Below are positions 10,545-21,906 of a stretch of DNA of 64,000 nt, piece after piece. This stretch comes from Cyanidioschyzon merolae (taxonomy: Eukaryota): assembly GCA_000091205.1 (NCBI GenBank), contig AP006500.2; one strand, written 5' to 3'. The translations under genes were made by a program, and so were the position numbers. Within the stretch, counting starts at the first letter, position 1, and each line of letters starts with the position of its first letter. Under the pieces are notes generated by a model. That model was not told where the DNA came from, ran no database searches, and saw only the letters and a list, made by a program, of their open reading frames with translations.

Positions 10545-11793
10545 TTTCCGCTCTCTCATCTCAGGCTTTAAAATGACGCCGGTCAATCCTGCCTACCCAG
10601 TTCCGTTGTCAACGGGCGACGGACGTTGATGGCAGCGTTAGCGTCCCGATGTCGACACGTCTGGCCGTTGCAGACGCTGTTCGTTCATGGGCAGAAGTTG
10701 CGATCCACGCTTCAGGTGTTCTCTCTGTCTAGTTTGGACGCGGGCGCTGGACGCCGTTCCGCGCGTTGACCCTTGACAGTGGTCAGGTGTTCCGAGACAC
10801 CCACTACACCTCGCAGCGTTAACCTGTGGCGGGTGGACGCTTGCTTCACCGCTCGGTGCCTGGCCTTGACGGGTACAGAAGGCGCCAGTGGGTGCTCTCG
10901 TACGTTTCCGCACCTGGCGCTATGCCTCGCGATCACCTGCTTCGCCTGGGCGACTCCCTAGGCGGGAGCGCTGTCTGCTGCACACGCAGGCGCACTGTGG
11001 CGCACTCCATGGAGGATTTGTGGAACGCGATATTGTCCACGATGAGAAGAGCACCGGGAGCTCCATCCAGGGCGCCGAGCGAGCTGAGCGATGTCCATCG
11101 GTGAACGCTGACGCCGTGTAAAGCGCTGGTACGCGCTCCACCGGAGACGGTCGCTGCGATGACCTCTGGCCGAGGTCAGGACATTTTTCCGTGCAACCGG
11201 AAAAGACTGGAGCTTTCGGGAATACATGCCCTGAAGGGTCTCGTGCTCGCGTCGAATGCCATGTCTTTGGCGGTTCCAAATAGAGGCTGATTTGGCTTTC
11301 GAACGGAATCGATTGTATGATGACCAGAGGTCAGTGATTTTCTGACCCGAGCCCGTGAGCGAGCCGTCAAGCGACGTCATCGTGTTAGCCTTGTCTGTGT
11401 AGACGATGTTGCCCGTTGCTGAGCGCCGACTCTGCTACGAAACAGAGTGCTCGAGAACGCGAAGAATGCGCGATTGAGGCATCCGCTAGACGCTGGGAAG
11501 GGAGAAGCGTGGATGCTCATCCGAATGACAGGGAAATTGAAGTGTAATACTCTGCGAAGCCTTATTCGATAGCAACGCGAATCATGTTGATTCCGGTGAC
11601 GGACCCGCTTCCGTCTGGGAAGCGTTGTGGTGTTCATTCCGTAAGGACAACCGCAAATCGTAAAACTGTTTACGAATCCATACATCCTTATTGCTGGACT
11701 CTGATTATCCAGGCTGCACATCAGAAAAACAGCCTCGGAAGACCCCAATGGCAGAAACTGGGCGAGCAACTCCCTTTTCCTTTCTAGTCTGAC
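10545..11793 (+). repeat. Copy b of the dispersed repeat. It is >99% identical to 5448-6695 and fills the whole MCM7-TAD3 intergenic space.
   Basis: Collinear with copy a at offset 5097-5098 (one 1-bp indel). I saw only a handful of substitutions, e.g. at 5807, 5902 and 6541. Confidence 0.88.
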
Positions 11794-11886
11794 GTAGCTT
11801 TCACAAAATCGCATCTCGTTTGACTTTGACGATCCGGATCCGGCTTGGGGCTCCTCGCAGCACCCGTCTGTTCTCCGCTCGAGCGT

Positions 11887-12750
11887 ATGAAAGCACCACA
11901 GTACACCTTATGCGCATGTGTCGATCAAGAGGAGCTCCAGAAGCGCATGAGTCTCGAACCGGAGCGACACGTCGAAGTGTGGGTGATCCAGGCGATCCCG
12001 CGTCACGCGGAACAACTGCTGCGGTACCTGTCGAGTTCGGTGCCGCTTGGTCGAGAGCTCGCCCATTTGAAGCGTGGACACCGGGATAGCACCGGTGCCG
12101 TCAACGTACTGCTTGCACTCGTCTCCGCGGACGATCCGGAAGTTCCCAACCGAAACGCGCACGCCGTACTAGAGCGACTCGGTGTGGCACGCGAGTGGGT
12201 ACATACCGCCACGCTTCGCCGGTGTGTTGTGCCCGCAGTGGCGCCTCGAACTGGACTACAGAGTCAGCACTGGTCGCGAACGCTCTGGCCTGTTATATAC
12301 AGGCCAGAGGCTCCGGAACCACCGATACTCGCTGAGACCGAGGTCGGCACGGCGCTGGAGCTCCTCGAACGTCTCGAGCACGAGACGCAGGGCACCGACG
12401 TTAACGCCGCTCTTGTTGTGCGTTGGCCGCTACCCAGCGCACCTGCACAGGTGATCTGCAGTGTCCAGGGTCCGCATGCGCCACTCAGGTGCATCGACGA
12501 AGCGTCCCGCATTTTCCGCGACCGAGACAACGGCGAGGAGCATCCGCATTATATGCTCACTGGTTTGGACCTCTTCACAGTTCGGGAGCCGTGTGTTTGC
12601 TGTGCAATGGCGGCGACGCATTCTCGCATTCGTCGCCTGTTCTTTATTCACCCGGACGCGAGCTTCGGTGGGATCCTTCGGGTCGGCGTGCATCGACTCA
12701 AGGCCCTTAATCATCGGTACGAGGCGTATCAGCGCCAGCTCGCCTCTTAG
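11887..12750 (+). CDS. tRNA-specific adenosine deaminase subunit, Tad3/ADAT3-like, of the CDA superfamily. The catalytic Glu is replaced (HAP instead of HAE). Start is the first ATG; the ORF track starts at TTG 11845.
   Basis: C-terminal deaminase motifs: HAPLRCIDEA...TGLDLFTVREPCVCCAMAATHSRIRRLFF (H-[AE]-x ... PCxxC ... HSRIRR). Confidence 0.55.
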   Translation: MKAPQYTLCACVDQEELQKRMSLEPERHVEVWVIQAIPRHAEQLLRYLSSSVPLGRELAHLKRGHRDSTGAVNVLLALVSADDPEVPNRNAHAVLERLGVAREWVHTATLRRCVVPAVAPRTGLQSQHWSRTLWPVIYRPEAPEPPILAETEVGTALELLERLEHETQGTDVNAALVVRWPLPSAPAQVICSVQGPHAPLRCIDEASRIFRDRDNGEEHPHYMLTGLDLFTVREPCVCCAMAATHSRIRRLFFIHPDASFGGILRVGVHRLKALNHRYEAYQRQLAS

Positions 12751-14068
12751 CGAACAAGTGGCGTGCGTGTGTGTTTCGCGCGCTTCCCCCGTACAGGAGC
12801 GGACGCTGAACGCATGTATCCGATTCAGCAATACGGGGGCTAAGAGAGATTCATGGGAGTATGGAGCACGTCAACGGAAGCTTTCGTCGGGTCCGCATTG
12901 GCGACATCAGCACAGTTTCGGAGTCGTGGTTCAGGCATCAGCCCTGCGCCTGCGAACTGGGACCTAGGTACCCGCACGATAATGCCGTAGCGCTGGGGGT
13001 GCATCGACTGGCACGAAACCGCGTGATCCGGATGCGGTGTGGTCGGGCGCTACGTTCGCAAACGCATGCTCGTCGGTGACATCCTGTGGGCGGCATGACG
13101 CTATGCTGGGGCAGTCTCGCTTTTTTTTGTCTCGGATTTCGGAAGCATCCGACGAGACCGTCAGTGTATTCAGATTCGGCGTGTCAAATTGAAAGCGCTG
13201 GGGATGTGACGTACAAGGCGCTAGAGGTTTTGGAGCGCCACTATGTAACCGGACTCGACATACGAACTGACTGAGCGACACACCTGTAGAGCACGACGCT
13301 ATAGGGCCCTCGCTGCCCGGAGGGCACGAAAATACAGAGAGGATGCTGCTCGGTGGAGCGCGTGGATAGCGCACGCAGAGGTCTTGACGGGCGCGCGCTG
13401 CTCGAGGGCCATCACGCCGGACACGTGTCCATCCCAAGATGCTTGCGTGCACGCACACGCGATGCATCGCAATTTTCGCGATCATTCACAGGCGAGGAAT
13501 GCTCCTGACAGGCCGCTTGTCGAGTTACACCCGGAAACTACCAAAAGAATGAAAGCGTGCTCTGGGTTGCGGATTTGCATGCGCACTGCTGCCGGAAGCG
13601 AGCAATTCACTCAATGTCCGCAGTCACTCTGCGTGGTGCTAGCGATTCTTTAGGTCAATTAGAATTGAAAGAGGTTTCCGAGCAGCTTCCAGAGAAGGAC
13701 GCTGCGAAAGCATCCCCTATCGAAGAGATTTCATGCAAGCGCAGGTTGCTGCTGCTGAAAATTGGATAACGCAGCTGGTGTCGATGTCTCACCATGATGC
13801 TGGCGAGTCAACGAATGCGCTGCATCCGTCAGCTCGGAAGTGCCATCGCGACACACCGCTACCGCGGTATCACCCCGTGAGCAGCGCATGTTGCTTGCGC
13901 ACCGGATATGGAGCGCTGAATGCCTCCTACGTGCACGCTATTCAGTGCGTGCGGATACACATGATACTCAGGATCGGCTGCTTCCGTGATCTCGATCTGC
14001 CATCTCCAAGTTGGCCATTTTGCTTCGCGCACAAATCGCTTATCATGATCATTCGTCAGTTTGCTCCG

Positions 14069-15184
14069 CTACTTCTCCCACTCGAGGACGACCTTGCCGG
14101 CAGTTCCGCTGCCTGCGACTTTGAACGCTTCCTCGTACTCGTGCGCCGGAAAGCGATGCGTCAGCACCGGTTGGATGCGTTCCATGAGGCCGCCCACCAG
14201 CATGTTGATCATCCGGTACCAGGTCTCAAACATCTCGCGCCCGTAAATTCCCTTAATGGAGAGCCCCTTGAAAACAACGTCATCCCAATTAATGGGAAAA
14301 GACTCACTCGGTATCCCGAGGAGTGCAATACGACCTCCGTGATTCATCGTCGCCAGCATGCTCCGGAAAGCAGACGGCACCCCGCTCATCTCGAGACCTA
14401 CATCGAAACCTTCGGTCATACCTAGCTGTTTCATCGCATCGCGAAGCAGATGCTCCGTATGCTTGGAGTCATCTTCCATGCCTAGACCAGTAGCCGGCTT
14501 GCCCTGGCTCGTATTGATCGCCAGCGTCGCACCGCATTTTTGCGCTAGTGAGAGGCGCTCATCACGTACGTCTGTTACGACGATGTGCCGTGCCCCGACG
14601 TGGCGGCAGATTCCGGCTGCCATCATCCCTATGGGTCCAGCGCCCGTAATCAAAACATCCTCTCCAACCAGGTCATTCGCCAGTGCCGTATGTACAGCGT
14701 TTCCCAACGGGTCCATGACAGCACCCCAGATATCCGGGATACGGTCAGGTAGTCGGACAACATTCCGCGCTGGCACTGCAACATAATCTGCAAATGCGCC
14801 GTCACGATTCACGCCTACGCCGAGCGTATTTCGGCAGAGGTGTTGGCGACCCGCTCGGCAGTTTCGGCAGAAGCCACAGGTCACGTGACCTTCTCCAGTG
14901 ACCCGGTCGCCAACGCGCAGCGGTACTTTTTGTGCCACTTGATCACCGAGCGCAGCGACACGCCCGACGTACTCGTGACCCACAACGAGAGGAATTGGAA
15001 TCGTTCGCTGTGCCCAAGCGTCATACTTGTAGATGTGAAGGTCCGTCCCGCAGATTGAGGCGTGCGTCACGCGAATGAGCACGTCATTGGGACCAACAGG
15101 CGGGACTGGTTGATTCTCAACCCACTCAAGACCGGCCTTTGGAGCCTTTTTCACCAGCGCTCGCATAAACCTTCCGACAGACAT
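14069..15184 (-). CDS. tdh: L-threonine 3-dehydrogenase, the zinc-dependent MDR/ADH-type as in bacterial Tdh.
   Basis: ATG start. The sequence [38 protein letters not shown] is near-collinear with E. coli Tdh. Structural zinc cysteines are present ([15 protein letters not shown]), as is the Rossmann motif GAGPIG. 371 aa. Confidence 0.9.
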   Translation of the reverse strand: MSVGRFMRALVKKAPKAGLEWVENQPVPPVGPNDVLIRVTHASICGTDLHIYKYDAWAQRTIPIPLVVGHEYVGRVAALGDQVAQKVPLRVGDRVTGEGHVTCGFCRNCRAGRQHLCRNTLGVGVNRDGAFADYVAVPARNVVRLPDRIPDIWGAVMDPLGNAVHTALANDLVGEDVLITGAGPIGMMAAGICRHVGARHIVVTDVRDERLSLAQKCGATLAINTSQGKPATGLGMEDDSKHTEHLLRDAMKQLGMTEGFDVGLEMSGVPSAFRSMLATMNHGGRIALLGIPSESFPINWDDVVFKGLSIKGIYGREMFETWYRMINMLVGGLMERIQPVLTHRFPAHEYEEAFKVAGSGTAGKVVLEWEK

Positions 15185-15351
15185 GAATGAAAGCTCTTTT
15201 TGGACGCTGCAAACAACCTAAAACTAGTCGATAGACGACGCGTACGAGGTCTGTATCGCACACGCGCGATGATCGCTCCAGCAACTGCGCTCGACACGGG
15301 TGCTTTGCCGATCGCCGGCGTCGGCGTCGAACACGCACCTCTTATGAAAAG

Positions 15352-15405
15352 CGGCGGCATCGGCGGCATCGGCGGCATCGGCGGCATCGGCGGCATCGAT
15401 GATCG
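15352..15405. repeat. 9-bp microsatellite (GGCGGCATC)x6.
   Basis: Perfect tandem copies in the divergent tdh/methyltransferase intergenic region. Confidence 0.8.
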
Positions 15406-16380
15406 ATTGCAAGCCGCTTGAGCACATGTGCGTTTCGCCCAGAATCAGATACGCCGCTGCGCGTTCCTGCATGGACGTTGCAATTGCACGCACTTTCCCG
15501 TGACCTCCATGTCGTATTCGTGCTGCACGACGTCTGCGGTGAGCCCAGCACTAGGATGTTGCTGGATGTGGCATCTATTCAACAAGACGGCTTCGTTGTG
15601 GGATCGGTGATTCTGTGAGGCACTCGCGAGATGCAGCGGATGTCTACTTCCACGGCTACCGACAGCGTATGCGCGCATACGGTGGTTGCTGGTTGGATGC
15701 ATCGATCATGCAGTGCAAAGGTGCGTGCCGCTTCGGGGTGACGTGCTTGCGAGCACCTAGTCGTCTCTCTCTGGACCATATCTCACTAGAGAGAACAGGA
15801 AAGAGGCATAGACAATGATTCTGCAAGGCACCAGGCGAACGCCGTGCAGTACTCGAGCACAGAACGCCATGAATCGAAAGCCTGTTGCCGCGATGCAGAA
15901 GCGTGCGTCGCATTCGCGATCGCCCGCTGTCGCTGATGCGTCACAAGCTATCCGATGTCGTGTGCGACAACAAGGCACGTGCGGTGCGAGTAGCGCCGAG
16001 GATCCTGTAGCCGGCCGCGTCAGCACCGTATGGCAGAGAGGCGGCAGCGCTTTCAGCGCCATAGCCTCTGCCCATGGCAACCGCAGCAGCGGAAGATCGT
16101 CAGAGATAATAGACATCCCATTTTCCAATATGAAGACCAACCTGGTGCCTCTGGGCCAACAAAGGGCCCGGAGCGTAATCGTCATCGCTTCTCGAGTTGC
16201 TGATATTCATCTCGCGTACCAGGCATGGTGGTACGCATGATCGCTCAAACGCCGCAGGAAACGATGCCCTGGTAGCGATCATGCGACGCGCACGCGTCCT
16301 CGAGCAGAGCACATCCTCCGCTTTATCGAGTTGGTGCATACTGCTCGTGTCCAGTACGTCTTCTTTTTTCGCAAAAAACC

Positions 16381-17490
16381 ATGTTTGTGCACGGGAAAGC
16401 ACTGAATGCAGTGAGTGTGCGACAAAACGGGCGAGTTGTATGTCTAGCTGAGCGGCCGCGAGGTTCCGGCGGAACGGCTCGCATCAAGCCCGCTTGGGCT
16501 GGCACCGACGAGTTGCTGTCGAAGCTCACGAACTTGCTCATTCAGACACCGTGGGTGTATCGCATTCTGAAGAAGCAAGCAAAAGCGGTTATGGTACGGA
16601 CAGCAGCGTCGCGTGGCATTGACTGGAGCGGTTGTGCTGCTGCTTTAGAAGAAGCGGGTGTTTCAAAGTACTTTGCACCGCGCACAGACCTGGTGTACCC
16701 CGCATACTACACCAAGCCGTTTCATGCGTACGATGAGGGAAACTTGTGCTGGCTGGCCGCGTATGAGGTAGAGCCGGCAACCTACGCCATGGCGCTTCGC
16801 GTATGGCCCCAGGAGCGGGAGCTTTCCTGGCGAGACGCCCAGCGACGTCTGCGTCACTGCTTTCTTGACCAGGTCACGCGCTTCATGGCGGACCCCGGAG
16901 ACTTGCGAATCGACCGTGTGCGTTTCACGCTGGATGTTGGCTGTGGCGCTGGAATCAGCACACGCTTCCTCGCAGAGTACCTGGCGCGCAACATACCCCG
17001 AGACGACGCTTTGCGCGTGCTCGGTATCGACCCGTCACCGTATTTCCTGGCCGTGGCCAACTTGCGGAACGAAAAGGCGAACGCGCTAGATGTGCAGAGA
17101 CTTCCGCCAAACGTTCGCATTGAATACCAGCAAGCATTGGGCGAATCGCTGCCGCTTGCTGACAGTGTCGTGGACCTGGTTACACTACAGTTCGTCCTGC
17201 ACGAGTTGCCGCGAGATGCAGCCGAGTCTGTCTTTCGTGAGCTTGTGCGAGTCACTCGAGACCGTGGCTGCATCGCAATGGTGGACAACAACCCGCGCTC
17301 GCCCGTCATCCAAAACTTGCCGCCGGCGCTCTTCACGCTTATGAAATCAACGGAGCCGCATTCCGACGATTACTACACTTTTGACGTGGAAGCATGTTTG
17401 CGCCAGATTCCCGGGATCGAACGGGTTCAGGTGACGGCATGCGATCCTCGCCATCGTGCCATCCTTTGCCGTGTTCGTAAATCTACGTAG
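16381..17490 (+). CDS. Class I SAM-dependent methyltransferase (Methyltransf_11 / UbiE-like), substrate unknown.
   Basis: ATG start. Motif I is LDVGCGAGISTRFLAEYL. Post-I acidic loop LGIDPSP. Motif II region VDLVTLQFVLHELP. Confidence 0.7.
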   Translation: MFVHGKALNAVSVRQNGRVVCLAERPRGSGGTARIKPAWAGTDELLSKLTNLLIQTPWVYRILKKQAKAVMVRTAASRGIDWSGCAAALEEAGVSKYFAPRTDLVYPAYYTKPFHAYDEGNLCWLAAYEVEPATYAMALRVWPQERELSWRDAQRRLRHCFLDQVTRFMADPGDLRIDRVRFTLDVGCGAGISTRFLAEYLARNIPRDDALRVLGIDPSPYFLAVANLRNEKANALDVQRLPPNVRIEYQQALGESLPLADSVVDLVTLQFVLHELPRDAAESVFRELVRVTRDRGCIAMVDNNPRSPVIQNLPPALFTLMKSTEPHSDDYYTFDVEACLRQIPGIERVQVTACDPRHRAILCRVRKST

Positions 17491-17789
17491 CGAGTTTCTC
17501 ACTGGTTCAGGTGACTTGATCGTACACGAGACTTGCACCAAGACTAGCCCAGCGCCCGCTGGGCGAAGCCTAGATATACCAAGGGAGCTAGAGACGACGC
17601 ACCCAAGTCGCACACGCCCCCAGAGCCTGCACGCGCCTGAGATACGGGCGAAAGAGCGTCCGTCCGCGAGCGCGAGTGTCCCAGTGAATGCCAACTCGTT
17701 TTCCGAGCAGACCCCCGAGACGCCACGACGCCCGGCGATATTGCCGTCGTTTGGAATACGAGCGGAGCAAGAACCCTGAGCAGTATCTC

Positions 17790-18152
17790 ATGGCAAAGCG
17801 GAAACATCCAGCGCTGTGGCGCGGGAGGCCCTTGTCGAAGCGTATGCAACGGCTCGCCCGTCAGCTTGTAAACGGTCGGATCATGATGGATGCGCCCATC
17901 AACGTTGCTCAGGAGGCGGCGTTTCCCTCGTTAAATAGCGCTTTTGACGATCAGCGCGTTGTGTTACAGTCTTGGGCAAAGCACCGTTTATCGAATAGAA
18001 AACCGATCCTCACTAGAACTCGCACTGATCCCATGTGCCTGCTGCGAACATTTCTCGTCAACACACCCAAACTCATGGCGCGACTCGTAGACGACTGCGC
18101 GGATACCCAAGCGAAGCGGGCGCATGGGCATCCCAGAACTAACCGAGGGTAA
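17790..18152 (+). CDS. Possible small basic protein (120 aa from an internal ATG), family not recognised.
   Basis: Open frame in an otherwise empty 1.7-kb intergenic region. Basic N-terminus MAKRKHPALWRGRPLSKR. No homology recognised; could be spurious. Confidence 0.25.
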   Translation: MAKRKHPALWRGRPLSKRMQRLARQLVNGRIMMDAPINVAQEAAFPSLNSAFDDQRVVLQSWAKHRLSNRKPILTRTRTDPMCLLRTFLVNTPKLMARLVDDCADTQAKRAHGHPRTNRG

Positions 18153-18555
18153 ACCCTCCGGCGTTGGCAACAACCGGTTTCGGCTCCTGCAGAGGTGTCG
18201 TATCTGCGCTCTAGGCCCTCGCTGCGCAAGCGCTAGCCGCTACCGACGACAAACCGAGTTATATCGCGGAGCACAGGTCGCCCAGCCTCTAAGAAGGGCT
18301 CTGTGCTCGGACCTCGATAGATCGGTGCTCGCCGCACATTTGCGGCTGCCTCCGAAGCAGTACTGTTCTGGGCGGATGGTCTATTCGATCCTGTTCCTGT
18401 CAAAGATCCAGACCGCTGCATAGCGTGCTTCACTACCCTAGCTGCAACCGAGTGTTGCAAGGCAAACGCGAAAGCGCTTTGATAGCACCGGGGTGTGGTG
18501 CAGCGGTGTCCCCAGCTGAGGTTGAAGGGAAAGCGCGCGCTCTCGTCCATGTGCC

Positions 18556-18897
18556 GCTGGGCTTACGGATTACAGACGCCGCGATCGACCTCGACAGACT
18601 GTGCATGTGCCGCTGGGCTTACGGATTTCGCGCGTAGCGATCGTCCACTGGAGGCACTGCTGCGATTACGGATTTCGCGCGTAGCGATCGTCCACTGGAG
18701 GCACTGCTGCGATTACGGATTTCGCGCGTAGCGATCGTCCACTGGAGGCACTGCTGCGATTACGGATTTCGCACGTAGCGATCGTCCACTGGAGGCACCG
18801 CTGCGATTACGGATTTCGAGCGTAGCGATCGCCAGCTGGAGGCACCGCTGCGATTACGGATTTCGCGCGTAGCGATCGCCAGCTGGAGGCGCTCAGG
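18556..18897. repeat. 47-bp minisatellite, ~6.5 copies, with unit gattacggatttcgcgcgtagcgatcgtccactggaggcactgctgc.
   Basis: Period 47 bp: gattacgg recurs at 18663, 18710, 18757, 18804 and 18851. There are diverged leading copies and point variants (cactgc/caccgc, gtccac/gccagc). Confidence 0.85.
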
Positions 18898-19220
18898 TAC
18901 CGCCGCGCCGCCGCCGCCGCTTCCACAGAACCTGACAAGCGCTGCTTCTAAACTGGAGCCGTTCTCTGCGCTCTGGGGCGGTACACGCCCGCGCCAGCGC
19001 TCTTCTATCTTCTGTACAGCACCAGATCATGTACATCACACTGGGTACTTTTATAACCCCGAACGCGCTGTTCGTTCCGAAAGCCTCATTCGAGGCACAG
19101 GCGTTTGCGCGGGGGCGACTTGACGGGCGCTGGCACCCGGCGGTCACTCGGATTGCGCTGCGGGGGAACAGAGCATTGCGCCAGCAACAAGTTGCAAGAC
19201 GAAGCGCAAGCCGCTGGTTC

Positions 19221-20702
19221 ATGGGCTTCCACGACGAGTGCGGGGTTGTCGGTGTTATGACACCGCTGCACAAACCGGCGTCGGACGTGCCCGCACGCTT
19301 GGCCTACTTTGCGTTGCACGCTCTGCAGCACCGCGGACAGGAAGGTGCCGGGATTGTACTATGGGAACCCGATTCCTCGGACGCTCAAGTCAGTACCAAA
19401 GGTCAGTTGCGTGAGATCAAAGGCCTCGGGCTGGTCTCCGAGGTATTCACGGACGCGATTTTGGGGGCGAGTCGGGCGGTTGCAGCGCTTGGACACGTCC
19501 GCTACTCCACGGCCGGCGAGAAAAACATTCGAAATGTGCAACCGTTCACTGTGAAGATGCGGCACGGTCAGATAGCGATCGCTCACAACGGCAACTTAAC
19601 AAACGCTGAAGCGCTGAAGCGAGAACTCGAGGCGCGGGGCACCATTTTCAATACATCGTCGGACACGGAAGTTATTCTGCATTTGATGGCACAGTCGGTT
19701 CAAGGAGGATCCGCTGATGCGCGTACACGCCTAACCGACGCGCTCGGTCGTGTTGACGGTGCTTACTCGCTGTGCGTCCTCACGGCAGGACAACTTATTG
19801 CTGTGCGGGATCCGCGGGGATTCCGTCCCTTGATGCTTGGTCGAATATCGGAAACTTCGCCAGCCACTACGACTGGATCACCCCCGGACGCCTCGATGAC
19901 GACGTGGATCATCTGCAGCGAGTCGTGTGCCTTGGACATGGTTGGTGCAGAGACCGTCCGTGAGATTGAACCGGGCGAGCTGGTGGTTATCGATCGCGCC
20001 AGCGGAAACCTCCAGTCGTTCTTCCCGTTTCCACGGCAGCAACGTCGCGCTTGCATTTTCGAGCACATCTATTTCAGTAAGGTCACATCGAATGTGTTCG
20101 GCCGATCGGTGTACCTCTCGCGGTTTCGATTTGGAGAGTTGTTAGCACAAGCAGCACCAGTCGAAAAGGGGGCCGACTACGTCGTTCCAGTGCCGGACAG
20201 CGGCATTGCTGCCGCCCTCGGATTTAGCGCTGCGAGCGGGATTCCCTTCCAGATGGGCATTTCGAGGAGCCATTATGTTGGTCGAACCTTTATCCAACCT
20301 ACCCAGGAGATTCGCAATGCAGGTGTCATGTTGAAGCTAACGGCTGTCCGTAGCCTGATTGAGGGCAAGCGCGTCGTTGTTGTGGACGACTCGATCGTGC
20401 GCGGCACCACGAGTCGCAAGATTGTACACATGTTGCGCGAGGCTGGCGCTAGCGAGATCCATTTGCGCATCGCTTGCCCGCCAATTATAGGCAGCTGCTA
20501 CTACGGGGTCGATACACCGAATCGCGAGGAACTGCTCTCGTGGCGCATTCCAGACTCACATAAGGCTTGCGAGTGGATTGGAGCGGACTCTTTGGGATTT
20601 TTGTCCCTCGAGTCGCTTAGATCCTTCCTGGCTGATGAGAGCGGGGACTATTGTTACGGCTGTTTCAATGGCCAGTATCCAGTTCTTCCGGTCGATGCCT
20701 GA
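19221..20702 (+). CDS. purF: Amidophosphoribosyltransferase (glutamine-PRPP amidotransferase, PurF/Ade4), of the 4Fe-4S type with a short propeptide. The ORF track starts at an upstream ATG, 19029.
   Basis: The propeptide MGFHDE precedes the nucleophile Cys of CGVVGV. Ntn-GATase motifs include SDTEVILHL. The PRTase motif is VVVVDDSIVRGTTSRKIV. C-terminal Fe-S cysteines are CYYGVDTP...CYGCF. Confidence 0.9.
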   Translation: MGFHDECGVVGVMTPLHKPASDVPARLAYFALHALQHRGQEGAGIVLWEPDSSDAQVSTKGQLREIKGLGLVSEVFTDAILGASRAVAALGHVRYSTAGEKNIRNVQPFTVKMRHGQIAIAHNGNLTNAEALKRELEARGTIFNTSSDTEVILHLMAQSVQGGSADARTRLTDALGRVDGAYSLCVLTAGQLIAVRDPRGFRPLMLGRISETSPATTTGSPPDASMTTWIICSESCALDMVGAETVREIEPGELVVIDRASGNLQSFFPFPRQQRRACIFEHIYFSKVTSNVFGRSVYLSRFRFGELLAQAAPVEKGADYVVPVPDSGIAAALGFSAASGIPFQMGISRSHYVGRTFIQPTQEIRNAGVMLKLTAVRSLIEGKRVVVVDDSIVRGTTSRKIVHMLREAGASEIHLRIACPPIIGSCYYGVDTPNREELLSWRIPDSHKACEWIGADSLGFLSLESLRSFLADESGDYCYGCFNGQYPVLPVDA

Positions 20703-21906
20703 GATGAAGGAAGCCTTTCGAGGCGAACGTGTAGCATGGACGCAATCGCTTGTGTGTCCGTTGTGTCGCGATACCTTGGTATGACCAGATTCGAAACTGG
20801 CGAGTGCTTGTTTCCAGCTGTGTCGAAGTGACGCACGTAGATGCATTCGCCCGGAAGCGTGCGTCTTGCCAGGAGCCAGCGGACAGCTCGCCGTTCCGAC
20901 GTCGTCTTTTCGTCTCTGGACTGGCACGGCTACGGACCTCGGCGTGTCCATGGGCGTGGCATCGTGCGCATGTATACATCGCCGTTGCGCCTTCGGCTCA
21001 GCGCTGTCTCCAGTTATACACCATGCGCGCTGCCAAAGGCATCAGGATTGTTTTCGAGCGATTTCGCGGGGAAACAACCCAGAGAGCCCATGCGTCGCGA
21101 CTTTGGGGAGCGGTTTAGATTGGCTCAGGAATGTAAAGGGTACGCTAAACCGCACCAAAAAGCCAGGTTGTTCGCGAGGCATGCGAGCAGGCGGTGTACC
21201 CCCGAGAAAGCCGACGATTGGACGGTTTATGTATGTGCGAGCACGCTACGCTGCACCCGCAACACCGCGATTCGAGACGCCTCCGCCATTGTGCAGCAAG
21301 CAGACAGTGCCTTGTGGCAGTTCGGAGCAGCTGCAGGTGCCGGGGCACAGCATTGCGCGGCAGACTCTGGGCATAGATGACGGTGGACGCACAGAGGCTG
21401 CAACCGTGGCCTGCTGCGCAATACCTGCAGCAATGATGGGGTGCTGGACGCTACGTTGGCATCGCGAGTTCTGGTGTCTACCACGACACACAGGAGGATG
21501 CCTCTCTGGAACGCAGCTGTTTAGAGTAGGTTGTCCAGTGCGTTCGTTGCTCCGAGAAACGCGGTTACAAGTAAATGAAATTCCCGTATGGTACCGGAAC
21601 TGGCCTTGGAGCTGTCGGAGCAGAGACTGCAACCGACACTCGCCTCTGTGAGCGGTCTGCGAGCCAGCGCCCAAGCACACCTGGAAGGAGTTGCGTCGTC
21701 TTGCCTCCGGGTTCCTGGACAGAAACGTTCACGAGCACGAGTGTACCCTGTCGCGGTGGGCACGGCAGTGCGCCGGCGCACCTGTCCAGCGAACAGTTGC
21801 GCGTGAGCCTGTCGAGCGTGCGCCCGCACCAGTGCCTGTCCGACTGGGAGCACGGCTCGCTGAACGGCGTGCCTACGCTTCACGTGTGCCCTCAAAAACA
21901 AAAGCT

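Noticed and set aside
13733-14425. 230-aa ORF on the + strand.
   Set aside because: It lies entirely antisense to the well-supported threonine dehydrogenase CDS. High GC produces long stop-free antisense frames, and it has no recognisable domain.
16854-17336. 160-aa - strand ORF.
   Set aside because: Antisense to the SAM-methyltransferase CDS.
18556-18897. Possible CRISPR-like array (regular 47-bp direct repeats).
   Set aside because: The units are contiguous with no unique spacers. The context is eukaryotic nuclear DNA. It is a minisatellite.
20866-21651. 261-aa ORF in the purF/oxidoreductase intergenic region.
   Set aside because: Low-complexity Arg/Cys/Gly-rich composition with no domain. 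Neighbouring frames are equally open. Judged to be a GC artefact.
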